From: Candidatus Eiseniibacteriota bacterium
GTDB lineage: Bacteria; Eisenbacteria; RBG-16-71-46; CAVPCR01
Reading direction: 5' to 3'
NCBI GenBank assembly: GCA_963702435.1
Contig: CAVPCR010000001.1
Coordinates: 992,001-1,056,000, forward strand
Length of the DNA: 64,000 bases
The notes under the pieces were generated by a model. The model was not told the DNA's origin. It ran no database searches and saw nothing but the letters and a program-made list of their open reading frames with translations. This document shows, one piece after another, positions 8,973-17,997 of this stretch. Both the position numbers and the translations under genes were made by a program. How positions within the stretch are numbered: the stretch's first letter is position 1; every line of letters begins with the position of its first letter.

Positions 8973-9043
8973 GGATCCGGGCCCATCGGGGCCCGGATCC
9001 CGCGGGACCGGGCGCCGATACTCCGGCCCAGGTCGGCGCCCGG
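8973..9043 (+). other. Two tandem GC-rich hairpins directly after the OmcS-like gene
   Basis: ggatccgggccc-atcg-gggcccggatcc (8973-9000) is a perfect 12-bp stem. ccgggcgccga...tcggcgcccgg (9008-9043) is an 11-bp stem. No strong U-tract follows. Confidence 0.75.
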
Positions 9044-9118
9044 ACCCGACCCTTTCGCGGACCCCCCTCGCCATCCCCCCGACTCCGCGAGCAGACAATC
9101 GGCCGGTAGGAACGACCG

Positions 9119-10273
9119 GTGAGACCATTATCCGGCATGGTCCTCTCGGCGGTCCTCGGGCTCGCCGCGTGGGTCGCGGTCACCGCCCAGGAGCTGGTGA
9201 TCTTCGATCCGCATGGGGACGTCAGGACGGGCGTCCTCCGCGTGGTGACCGATCCGCCGACCCGCGGCGAATGCACGCAGTGCCACTCGACGCACACCGA
9301 GGAAGGTGATCGGCCTCCCGCCGCCACCAACCTCTTCACCGATAACTCGAACGGTCTCGCCTTCTGGACGCAGGGCGCCACCCCCTGCCATCAGGCGCGC
9401 CCCACCAACTACCCGCTCGGCGAGAGCGATCGCCTTCCCGACCTCGGGCCCGATGCCGGGTACTTCGAGGCCAACACCGGCGGCCAGCGGCGCGCCGGCG
9501 TCGAGTTCCGCGGCCGCTGGCCGGGCGAGGCGGTCTACCGGAATCCCCGGGTCACGGCGACCGGCCGTTACTACTCGCCGCATGCCCACGATCCGGACAT
9601 GCCACGCCAGGACGACGGCAGCGAAGGCCTCTGCCTCAACTGCCACGATCCGCACGGCACGGCGAACCGGCGGGACATCCTCACCGGTCCCTACGGCGGC
9701 ATCGGCGGGCACATGACGATCGGGGCACCGACCGAGTACGGGCTCTGCTTCTCATGCCACCGGCAAGCCGGTCTCCCCGGCATGGATCCCGAGAACCGGC
9801 TCATCGCCGATCTCTACGACTCGGGGCTGAACGGCGACACCGCCGGGCACCAGATCCGGAAGAACCCGCAAGTCGCACTCTACTGGCCCGCGCACATCCA
9901 GATCGGCGACAAGCTACCCTGCTACGACTGCCACAATCCGCACGGGTCCCAGGGGAACAACCGCGTGCAGCCGAACGCTTTTGTCCTGAGCGATCAGCGG
10001 CTAGGCTGGAGCGGGCTCACCGATCCCCGCCTGAACGCAGAGCAGAACCGCCGCTTCTGCCTCGGCTGCCACATCGCGAGCGACGGCATCCCCGGGTCGC
10101 AGACGATCGAGGGGATCGTGATGAACGCGATCTCCGACCGCGAGGCGCACAAGTCGGGCTCTCTCACGGCCTGCTATGACTGCCATGGCCGCGACTACTC
10201 GACGGCCACGAGCTACAACGTCCACCATCCCTCCCCCGGCGAGGACACGAGCGGGAGCGAGATTGGATGGTGA
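9119..10273 (+). CDS. Multiheme c-type cytochrome (6 CxxCH), exported
   Basis: Signal peptide. Motifs CTQCH, CLNCH, CFSCH, CYDCH, CLGCH and CYDCH, plus a lone CH in GLAFWTQGATPCH. Confidence 0.9.
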   Translation: MRPLSGMVLSAVLGLAAWVAVTAQELVIFDPHGDVRTGVLRVVTDPPTRGECTQCHSTHTEEGDRPPAATNLFTDNSNGLAFWTQGATPCHQARPTNYPLGESDRLPDLGPDAGYFEANTGGQRRAGVEFRGRWPGEAVYRNPRVTATGRYYSPHAHDPDMPRQDDGSEGLCLNCHDPHGTANRRDILTGPYGGIGGHMTIGAPTEYGLCFSCHRQAGLPGMDPENRLIADLYDSGLNGDTAGHQIRKNPQVALYWPAHIQIGDKLPCYDCHNPHGSQGNNRVQPNAFVLSDQRLGWSGLTDPRLNAEQNRRFCLGCHIASDGIPGSQTIEGIVMNAISDREAHKSGSLTACYDCHGRDYSTATSYNVHHPSPGEDTSGSEIGW

Positions 10274-11886
10274 GCCGAGCTGTCCGGTCGATCCTGGTCG
10301 CGATGGCCGGCGCCGCGCTCCTCGGGAGCGCGCCCGCCGCCGTGGCCATGCAGATCGACGGTCGCTACATCGGCTCCTTCACTCGCACCGAGCTCACGGG
10401 GCAGCAGACCTTCGGCCAGGACACGAGCGATTTCATGCAGCACCAGCTCGACCTGTGGACGCGGGGGACGACCCCTGGCGGCTACGATCTCCGCCTCCGC
10501 GCGTTCCTCCGCTACCTGAGCGAGTTCGAGCCGGAGTACGAGGATCTCTTCCGCTATCGGTTCCAGGGCGAGCTGATCGCCCCGATCTGGCGCTTCGAGG
10601 GGCAGTTCACTCCCTGGCAGGGGATCACGCCGGGGGCCGATCCCGCCAAGGAACGCTTCGCCTATGCGCTGTTCGACCTGCACCCGCGCCAGCTGCCGCG
10701 GCTCTACGCCGACTGGCAGCACCGGGAGAGAGAGGTCGGCAACTTGCCCTCCGACTCCGACGACCGGCGCGTTCAGCTCTCCTACGGGAACGACTTCATG
10801 AACGCCTACGCGGGCGTGCGTCGCATCGACTCCGAGGACCTGTTCGCGGGCGGCGCCAGGCGCGAGAGCGATGAGTTCCGGGCCGGCATCGACGGGCGGA
10901 CCGTGGTCAAGACCGTGAGCCTCGGCGGCGGCTACGAGGCCCTCCTCACCGACTTCGGCTCGCGCGAGCGCGAGGTGGACATCGACATCCAGCGCGCGAA
11001 TCTGGACGCCGCCTGGAGCCCGCATCGCACGGTGACCCTCGGCGGGTCCGCTTTCCAGCGCTGGCAGAACACCGACGACAACGCGCTCCCGGCGCCGGTC
11101 GAGGCCGATGAGACGGCCCTGAGCGGGAACGTCACCTACCGCCCGGTCGTGCCGCTCAGCTTCGTCGTCGGCCGCGACTACCGGCAGACGAACGACTTCA
11201 CTGGAAGAGTGATTGCCGACTATTTGCGCTTCGAATCGATGTACCGGGATATGATGTGGCGCCGCATCGATCTCCTCGCCGGCTTCCGGCGTGTGCAACG
11301 GCTCGGGGACAGCCAGGGCGAGGTGCCGACGAACGCGGTCTACGCCATGGCGGACGGCCCGATCGCACGCGGAGTCGATGGTCGCCTCGAGCTCCATTAC
11401 CAGCGGGAGAGCGACCCGTTCCGCCCGCGGAACCAGTCCCGCCAGCTCGTCCAGGTCCGCACGACGCCGCGCCCTTCGACGCAGTTCGATGTCACGTGGA
11501 CGAGAACCGTGTTCCCCCAGTTCGCCGGGATCATCCAGGAGGAGCGCGAGTGGTTCCTCCTCCTCGGCTATGACCCCATGGAGCGCTTGAACCTGATCGG
11601 GACCTACCGCGTGTTGGACGGCGAGGGCCGGTTGCCGCGCGAGGACCGCTTCACGACCGCGTCGGTATCCTGGCAGCCCGGCCGCGAGGTCACGCTCACC
11701 GGCAACTGGGAGTGGCGGAAGGGCGAGTACAGGGGCGTCGAGACCACGAACGAGACGATCTGGGGAGTGGATCTCAGCACCTGGCTGTCCGGCGAGTTCC
11801 GCACGGTCCTGAGCGTGCAGCGCGCCGATCGCGAATCGGGACCTACCAGCATGTTCTACTCAGTCAGCCTGCAGAAGGACTTCTAG
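10267..11886 (+). CDS. Outer-membrane beta-barrel protein (putative cytochrome porin or secretion channel)
   Basis: Signal peptide, alternating amphipathic and aromatic beta-strand pattern throughout, and a C-terminal YSVSLQKDF resembling a BAM beta-signal. Overlaps the upstream cytochrome gene. Confidence 0.75.
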   Translation: MVSRAVRSILVAMAGAALLGSAPAAVAMQIDGRYIGSFTRTELTGQQTFGQDTSDFMQHQLDLWTRGTTPGGYDLRLRAFLRYLSEFEPEYEDLFRYRFQGELIAPIWRFEGQFTPWQGITPGADPAKERFAYALFDLHPRQLPRLYADWQHREREVGNLPSDSDDRRVQLSYGNDFMNAYAGVRRIDSEDLFAGGARRESDEFRAGIDGRTVVKTVSLGGGYEALLTDFGSREREVDIDIQRANLDAAWSPHRTVTLGGSAFQRWQNTDDNALPAPVEADETALSGNVTYRPVVPLSFVVGRDYRQTNDFTGRVIADYLRFESMYRDMMWRRIDLLAGFRRVQRLGDSQGEVPTNAVYAMADGPIARGVDGRLELHYQRESDPFRPRNQSRQLVQVRTTPRPSTQFDVTWTRTVFPQFAGIIQEEREWFLLLGYDPMERLNLIGTYRVLDGEGRLPREDRFTTASVSWQPGREVTLTGNWEWRKGEYRGVETTNETIWGVDLSTWLSGEFRTVLSVQRADRESGPTSMFYSVSLQKDF

Positions 11887-11889
11887 ACG

Positions 11890-12519
11890 ATGGTCGCAAG
11901 AAACGAGAAAGCCATGTTCCAGAACCTCCGGAGCACGATGGGCAGAGCGACGCGGACGGCGAGCTACGCCGCTGCGACGCTCCTCCTTGCCGCTGCCTGC
12001 GGCAGCTCGGCCCGCTTCGTCGACCAGGAGGCGGACATCGCCTACTACGAGCGGGTCGCCGTCGCTCCCTTCATGTCGCTGGCGCAGGACCCGCTGGCCG
12101 GCCAGAAGGTGGCTGACGTCTTCTTCGCCGAGCTCCTCGAGACCGGATTCGCCCAGGTCGTCGAACCGGGGCAGATGGTGGCGGCCATGATGAAGGTGCG
12201 CGGCGGTACGCCGCTCACCAATCCCTGGTCGACCGAGGAGCTCGGACGGCTCGCCACCGAGCTCGGCATCCAGGGCATCTTCATGGGCACCGTGCGCGAC
12301 TACACGATGGAACAGGTCGGCCGCGACACGTTCCCGCTCATCTCCCTCGAGGTCCGCTTCGTGGACACCACCTCGGGGCGCATCGTGTGGACCGCGGACA
12401 AGACTCGCCGCGGCGGACCCGGCGTGCCGATCCTCGGCACCGGCGAGATCCACACGATCGGGGAGCTGACGTCGGATGTGTGCAGCGAGCTCCTGGACTC
12501 GCTGCCGCAGGGGGAGTGA
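11890..12519 (+). CDS. Lipoprotein, PelC/GNA1162/CsgG-like fold
   Basis: Lipobox LLAAAC. Pattern RVAVAPF...GIFMGTVRDY...ISLEVRFVDTTSGRIVW. Confidence 0.75.
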   Translation: MVARNEKAMFQNLRSTMGRATRTASYAAATLLLAAACGSSARFVDQEADIAYYERVAVAPFMSLAQDPLAGQKVADVFFAELLETGFAQVVEPGQMVAAMMKVRGGTPLTNPWSTEELGRLATELGIQGIFMGTVRDYTMEQVGRDTFPLISLEVRFVDTTSGRIVWTADKTRRGGPGVPILGTGEIHTIGELTSDVCSELLDSLPQGE

Positions 12520-12520
12520 T

Positions 12521-13126
12521 ATGGCATCGGGATCCGTGATTCGGCGGGAGCCTGGCCTTCGCTCGGCGATCGCGGGGTTCGGGTTGCTCCTCGCTCTCGC
12601 CGGTTGCGCACCCAAGCCGCACGTGTACGTGGCCGAGCCGATGGCCGGGAACTGGCGGATCGCCGTCCTCCCCTTCGCCAACTACGCCGCCAATCGCGAT
12701 GCCGCCGACCGCGTGCTGCCCATCGTGGCGGTCGAGCTGGCGCAGAAGCCAGGCGTCACGGTCGTCGACCAGGGCGAGGTGGACGCCGCCCTCGCCAAGG
12801 AGCCATGGTTGATGCTCGACCGCATCCCGCCCGACATCGTGAAGAGCATCGGGACGGAGCTCAAGGCGGACGCCTTGCTGATCGGTTCGCTCTTGAGCTA
12901 TGCCGAGCGGGATTACGAGATGGAACGGATCCCCCAGGCTTCGCTCTCGCTGCGGCTCGTCGAAGTGGAGAGCGGGCGCGTCCTGTGGAACGCCGTGCAC
13001 AGCCGCGATGGCGGGGACGAGGAGTGGTTGTTCGGCGTGGGCCGCGTGCAGAGCATGGAGCAGCTCCTGACGCTCACCGTACGCGAGATGCTCGAGGCCT
13101 TCCCCACGGGGCAAGAAACCCGGTAG
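12521..13126 (+). CDS. Lipoprotein, PelC/GNA1162/CsgG-like fold (paralog of the upstream gene)
   Basis: Lipobox LALAGC. Pattern RIAVLPF...DALLIGSLLSY...SLSLRLVEVESGRVLW. ATG 12521 directly follows the previous stop. Confidence 0.75.
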   Translation: MASGSVIRREPGLRSAIAGFGLLLALAGCAPKPHVYVAEPMAGNWRIAVLPFANYAANRDAADRVLPIVAVELAQKPGVTVVDQGEVDAALAKEPWLMLDRIPPDIVKSIGTELKADALLIGSLLSYAERDYEMERIPQASLSLRLVEVESGRVLWNAVHSRDGGDEEWLFGVGRVQSMEQLLTLTVREMLEAFPTGQETR

Positions 13127-13151
13127 GGGTGCCGGCTACCGCGCCGGCGGG

Positions 13152-13745
13152 ATGGAGCAAGGAGACATGCAGCGCGTCGCATCGGTCGCATCGGATAGGA
13201 GCCGCCGCAGTCGGACGTGGTTCGTCATTCTCGTGTCGATCGCGATCGGCATCACGATCGGCCGGTCGCCGCAGGCGATGCCGCCCGGCGGCGGCGGCGG
13301 TGAACAGCCATTCGAACCGGATTCGGCCATGGTGCCGGCGCCGGGCGCCGAGCGCCGGGCGATCTCACCGGCCGACACGACGTACGTCTTCGTGATCGAG
13401 ACCGGGAGCCGCCTGTATCCGGAGTGGAAAGAAGAGAACCGGGTCCGTCTCAATCAGATCTTCTACATCGCGGACAGCAAGTTCACGGCCCGGGTGACGC
13501 GGTTCTTGCCGGATTTTCGCATCGACAAGGGCCAGTTCGTGTCGGCGTCCGATTCGCTCAAGAACCCGGCTGTCCATGTTTTTGTCTTCAGTGATTCGGG
13601 TGCCGTGGACTCGACGTGGGCCTTTCAGAACTTCCCGCCGCACTTCTCGCCGCGCTCGTTCTATAGTTTCAAGCTCAAGGACGTCTTGACGAGTGACACG
13701 GCTTCGCCCTCCCCGCCCCCCGCAGCGGAGACGAAGGAGAACTAG
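13152..13745 (+). CDS. Exported or membrane-anchored protein, DUF2155-like
   Basis: N-terminal hydrophobic helix. The stretch RFLPDFRID...SASDSLKNPAV...WAFQNFP resembles DUF2155-type proteins found in cytochrome clusters (recalled, not searched). Confidence 0.55.
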   Translation: MEQGDMQRVASVASDRSRRSRTWFVILVSIAIGITIGRSPQAMPPGGGGGEQPFEPDSAMVPAPGAERRAISPADTTYVFVIETGSRLYPEWKEENRVRLNQIFYIADSKFTARVTRFLPDFRIDKGQFVSASDSLKNPAVHVFVFSDSGAVDSTWAFQNFPPHFSPRSFYSFKLKDVLTSDTASPSPPPAAETKEN

Positions 13746-13747
13746 TC

Positions 13748-16700
13748 ATGATCTCGCGCGCCTGGTCAGTCCCAGGACTCAAGGCCGCCTGCATCGTCGC
13801 GGTGATGGTCATCGCCGCGCTCTTCACCCTCGCCGCCTCCGACGCAGCCGCGGCCGGCCGGCCCTGCTACGACTGCCACAAGGACGCCCGCGAGACCTAC
13901 AAGAAGAAGATCGTCCACGATCCGGTGGCCAAGGAGAACTGCGAGTCCTGCCACAAGCGGCACGGCTTCGAGCAGAAGCTCATCCTCAACAAGGAGATCG
14001 GCGCGCTGTGCGCCGATTGCCACGGGGACGTGACGGCCAAGCCGGGAGCCGTCTCCCAGCATCTGGACAAGGCGGGCGTCAACTGCGCCTCCTGTCACGA
14101 TCCGCACGCGTCCGATACGAAGGGACTCCTGCGCGGCACCGCAGCCGACGCATGCGCGAGCTGCCACACCAAGATCCAGGCGGCGATGACCGCCAAGAAG
14201 CAGCATCAGCCGTTCGCCGAGGGGAAGTGCAACGAGTGCCACGGCGCGCATGACGCGCCCGCGGCGAAGCTGCTCCTCGCCCCCGAGAAAGAGATTTGCG
14301 CCCGCTGCCACGGCCAGACCCAGAGGTTGCCGGAACTTCATGACCGGCCCGAAGTGGCGGGCGCATCCTGTTCATCATGCCACGATCCGCACGGCGCGTC
14401 CGAGCAAAAGGGGCAGTCCTTCGTGCACGCCCCCTACGCCCAGGGCGACTGCGCGAGCTGCCACTCGGGCCTCCCGGCCGATCCGGCGGCGCTCACCGCG
14501 TCGAAGGAGGAGCTCTGCCTCACCTGCCACTCCGACGTGAAGGAGACGGCGGCGGCCCCCGGCGGCCATCCGCCCGCGGCGGCCGGCGAGTGCCTCTCCT
14601 GCCACAACCCGCACAACTCCGACCGCGCGGCGCTCCTCCGCGGCAGCGGTGAGGACCTGTGCATGGCGTGCCACGGCGGCATGCGCGATCAGCTCGCGCT
14701 GGAGTCGGCACACACGCCGGTCAAGGAGTTCCGCTGCGATCTCTGTCACGGCGCGCACGGCGGCGAGAAGGGGATGCTGCGCCAGTCCGCCGAGGCGCTC
14801 TGTCGCTCCTGCCACGGGGACGTGCCGACCGCCGCCACTGCCGCCCTGGTCAAGCACCCGCCGATGGAGGGCGATTGCCAGGCCTGCCATGCGCCGCACG
14901 CCGCGGCGACCGCCCCGCTTCTCAAGGCGGACATGGAGGTGGTCTGCGCGAGCTGCCACGGCGGACTCACCGAGGAGCTGGCGCAGCCCGTGCAGCACCT
15001 CCCCTTCAAGGGCGGGCAGTGCAACGTCTGCCACGCGGCGCACGGCGCCGACAATGCGGGGCTTCTCTACCGCCCTGCGGCGGTGCAGTGCATGATCTGC
15101 CATCGCACGCAGGATGAGGAACGCCGGCTCCCGGCCCAGCATCCGCCGTTTGCCGAAGGGTGCGCCACCTGTCATCTGCCGCATGCGGGCAAGGAGAAGA
15201 TGCTCCTGACCGCGCGCGAGGGCGAGCTTTGCGCGAGCTGCCATGGTGGAGTGACCGCCGGAGTGACGACGGCCGAGCTGCACACCCCGGTCAAGAACGG
15301 GGAGTGCACGAAGTGCCACAGTCCCCATGCGTCGAAGAGCGCGAAGGGTCTCCTCACAGCCGAGGGCGCCGAGCTCTGCCTCTCCTGCCACACGGCGATG
15401 CGGGATGGTCTGGCCACCGGCGTGGTCCACCAGCCGGTGAAGGAGGGGCAGTGCCTCACCTGCCACGACGGGCACAAGACCAGGGACGCCGCCGGCAAGA
15501 TCCGGCTCGTGAAGACCTGCGAGTCCTGTCACGACCCCGCCTCGTCGGAGCTCCGGAAGGCGCACCGCGAGTACGTGGTCGCGGCCGGCACCTGCGGCGA
15601 CTGCCACGATCCGCACCGGAGCGACAGCCGCGGGCTCATCCGCGCGACGAAGCACCAGCCCTTCGTCGAGGGAGACTGCACGACCTGCCACAATACGCCG
15701 GTCCCCGGCATGAAGCCCGAGCTCGTATCCACCCAGATCGAGCTCTGCGGCTCATGCCACGGCGCGACCGAGAAACCGCCGGCGCCGCTCGGACTCCACG
15801 CCCCGGTCGAGATGGGCCAGTGCTCGAGCTGTCACAACGCGCACGCGACCGGCACGGCGAAGCTCCTCAAGGAGGACACGCCGGGAGTCTGCGCCGGGTG
15901 CCACGGCGACGTGGTGCAGGCGGCGGCCACGGCGAAGGCGGAGCTCGTTCATGCGCCCGTCCGCGATGGCGACTGCCGGAGCTGCCACGGCGGGCACTCG
16001 GGCGTGATGCCCGGCCTCCTCACCAAGCCGGCGCTGGCGCTGTGCGCCGAGTGCCACAAGGACGTGGCGGAGCGTGCGAAGGGTGTGAACGCGCACAAGC
16101 CGGCGCGGGACGGCCAGTGCAAGAGCTGCCACGAACCGCATGTCGGCAAGGCAAAGGGGCTTCTCACTTCGGCCTCGGTGACCGAAAGCTGCGCCAAGTG
16201 CCACGACATGAAGGCTGCCGCCTTCACCACCGCGCATCGGGGCTACGAGGCCGGGACTGGCGACTGCACCCTGTGCCACGACCCGCACGGCTCGGGGAAG
16301 AAGGGTCTCCTTCTCGCCAACACGCATGCGCCGTACGCCGAGAACAACTGCGCGGCGTGCCACTCCGGAACGAAGGGGCTCGTCGCGGAGGGCATCGGGC
16401 TATGCGCCACCTGTCACGACGCGCACGCCCAGGATGCGGCGAAGAAGGTGACGCACGCGCCGCTCAAGACCAAGGAGGCGTGCCTCGCCTGCCACTCTCC
16501 GCACCTGGCGAAGACCGCCTCGCTGCTCCGGCGGGACGACGTGCAGAAGACCTGTCTCTCGTGCCATGACCGCGGGATGTTCGCTAAGAAGGTGCAGCAT
16601 CCCAATGTCCAGGACTGCTCGACGTGCCACAACCCGCACGGGAGCGAGACGAAGGGCATCCTCGTCGACAAGCAGGTCGCGCTGTGCTCGACCTGTCACA

Positions 16701-16984
16701 ACCCGGATGAGAAGCACACTCATCCGTACTCGGGGCCGGCGATCGATCCGCGGACTGGGGACGAGTTGAACTGCACATCCTGCCACGATCCGCACTCGAC
16801 CGATCTTCCGCAGCTCCTCGCCTACGGCAAGGACCGCCAGCTCTGCGTGCAATGCCACACCGGCCAGAACATGGAGGTCAAGAAGTCGCGGAAGGCGGTG
16901 AGTCAGCCGGAAGCGGGGAAGCCGGCGCCGGCGAAGCCCGCGGCGCCGGCCCCCACGCCGTCCGCACCGGGCGGGACAAAGTAA
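13748..16984 (+). CDS. Giant multiheme c-type cytochrome, about 42 CxxCH (doubled-CxxCH repeats)
   Basis: 1078 aa with a signal peptide. 42 CxxCH by manual count, arranged as H.P....CxxCH.PH....LL.....LCxxCH units. Pro/Ala/Lys-rich tail. Confidence 0.93.
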   Translation: MISRAWSVPGLKAACIVAVMVIAALFTLAASDAAAAGRPCYDCHKDARETYKKKIVHDPVAKENCESCHKRHGFEQKLILNKEIGALCADCHGDVTAKPGAVSQHLDKAGVNCASCHDPHASDTKGLLRGTAADACASCHTKIQAAMTAKKQHQPFAEGKCNECHGAHDAPAAKLLLAPEKEICARCHGQTQRLPELHDRPEVAGASCSSCHDPHGASEQKGQSFVHAPYAQGDCASCHSGLPADPAALTASKEELCLTCHSDVKETAAAPGGHPPAAAGECLSCHNPHNSDRAALLRGSGEDLCMACHGGMRDQLALESAHTPVKEFRCDLCHGAHGGEKGMLRQSAEALCRSCHGDVPTAATAALVKHPPMEGDCQACHAPHAAATAPLLKADMEVVCASCHGGLTEELAQPVQHLPFKGGQCNVCHAAHGADNAGLLYRPAAVQCMICHRTQDEERRLPAQHPPFAEGCATCHLPHAGKEKMLLTAREGELCASCHGGVTAGVTTAELHTPVKNGECTKCHSPHASKSAKGLLTAEGAELCLSCHTAMRDGLATGVVHQPVKEGQCLTCHDGHKTRDAAGKIRLVKTCESCHDPASSELRKAHREYVVAAGTCGDCHDPHRSDSRGLIRATKHQPFVEGDCTTCHNTPVPGMKPELVSTQIELCGSCHGATEKPPAPLGLHAPVEMGQCSSCHNAHATGTAKLLKEDTPGVCAGCHGDVVQAAATAKAELVHAPVRDGDCRSCHGGHSGVMPGLLTKPALALCAECHKDVAERAKGVNAHKPARDGQCKSCHEPHVGKAKGLLTSASVTESCAKCHDMKAAAFTTAHRGYEAGTGDCTLCHDPHGSGKKGLLLANTHAPYAENNCAACHSGTKGLVAEGIGLCATCHDAHAQDAAKKVTHAPLKTKEACLACHSPHLAKTASLLRRDDVQKTCLSCHDRGMFAKKVQHPNVQDCSTCHNPHGSETKGILVDKQVALCSTCHNPDEKHTHPYSGPAIDPRTGDELNCTSCHDPHSTDLPQLLAYGKDRQLCVQCHTGQNMEVKKSRKAVSQPEAGKPAPAKPAAPAPTPSAPGGTK

Positions 16985-17015
16985 GACACGCGGGCGCACC
17001 GACCGAGAACGCAGA

Positions 17016-17055
17016 GCCGGCTGTCGGGTTCACCCCGACAGCCGGCCTTTGTTTT
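17016..17055 (+). terminator. Rho-independent terminator ending the cytochrome operon
   Basis: gccggctgtcggg-ttcac-cccgacagccggc forms a 13-bp stem followed by ctttgtttt. Confidence 0.85.
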
Positions 17056-17086
17056 GGCTCAGGAGGATCGCTTGCGATGGACCGCT

Positions 17087-17686
17087 CTAGCGCGCGCCCA
17101 CCTTCTCGTACTTGGCGAAGTACTCCTTCTTGCCCTTATCGCTCGCGCCCATGGTGGTCGCGCCGGGCGTCCAGTCCATCGGGCAGACCTGATCGCCGTG
17201 CGCGGCCACGAACTGGAAGGCCTGCAGCGTGCGCATCGTCTCCTGGATCGAGCGGCCGACTGCCAGGTTGTTGATGGTCGAGTGCATCACGACGCCGTTC
17301 GGGTCGATGAGGAACATGGCGCGGAGCGCGACCGGCCCGTGGAGGACGTTGTACATCTCGGCGATCTTCCCGCCGAGATCCTCGATGAGCGGGTAGCGGA
17401 GGCCCTTGATCCCGCCCTCGGCGATCTCTTGCCTGGTCCAGTTGAGGTGCGAGAACTTCGAGTCCACCGAGCAGCCGACGACCTCGACACCGAGCTTCTT
17501 GAACTCATCGTAGTGCTGCGAGAGGGCGAGCAGCTCGGTCGGGCAAACGAAGGTGAAATCGAGCGGGTAGAAGAAGAGGACCACCCACTTGCCCTTGTGG
17601 TCGGTCAGCTTGAAGGGCTTGAACTCGCCGTTCACGACAGCCGTGGTCTCGAACTCGGGTGCCTTCTGTCCAACGATATTGGCCAT
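17087..17686 (-). CDS. ahpC: 2-Cys peroxiredoxin (AhpC/TSA)
   Basis: Peroxidatic motif FFYPLDFTFVCPTE and resolving motif QVCP.DW.PG. Confidence 0.93.
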   Translation of the reverse strand: MANIVGQKAPEFETTAVVNGEFKPFKLTDHKGKWVVLFFYPLDFTFVCPTELLALSQHYDEFKKLGVEVVGCSVDSKFSHLNWTRQEIAEGGIKGLRYPLIEDLGGKIAEMYNVLHGPVALRAMFLIDPNGVVMHSTINNLAVGRSIQETMRTLQAFQFVAAHGDQVCPMDWTPGATTMGASDKGKKEYFAKYEKVGAR

Positions 17687-17997
17687 ACTGATCTGTCCTC
17701 ACCGGTTGGTTGGTCCGTCCTGTACACGCGGAATCCCAGAAGCGCGGTCGTCCAGCTTACCGCCGGGCCCTGGTTGGCTCCTACGACCTTTCACTTTCGG
17801 ATAGGCGGGCGGGCGCGGAGATTCGGCCGAGATGGAGAGCGGGGGCGGAACCGGGCCGCGGACGAGCGGGCTGGAGCGGGGCGGGCGCGCCGGCGCCGGA
17901 AAGCCGCACCGGGCGCGCTGAAACCGTGTAAAATGGCCCTGGAACAAGGGCTGCGAGCCTCCCCCGGTTCGAGACGCCCCTCAGCGGAGCCGACCAG

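Noticed and set aside
13860..16860. Regularly spaced tgccac motifs as a DNA repeat array
   Set aside because: They are the Cys-His codons of the CxxCH motifs in the multiheme cytochrome.
10267..16984. Calling the barrel and cytochrome MtrB/MtrA
   Set aside because: There is no decaheme MtrA-like protein, the barrel is shorter than a typical MtrB, and the gene context fits an omcS-type cluster better.
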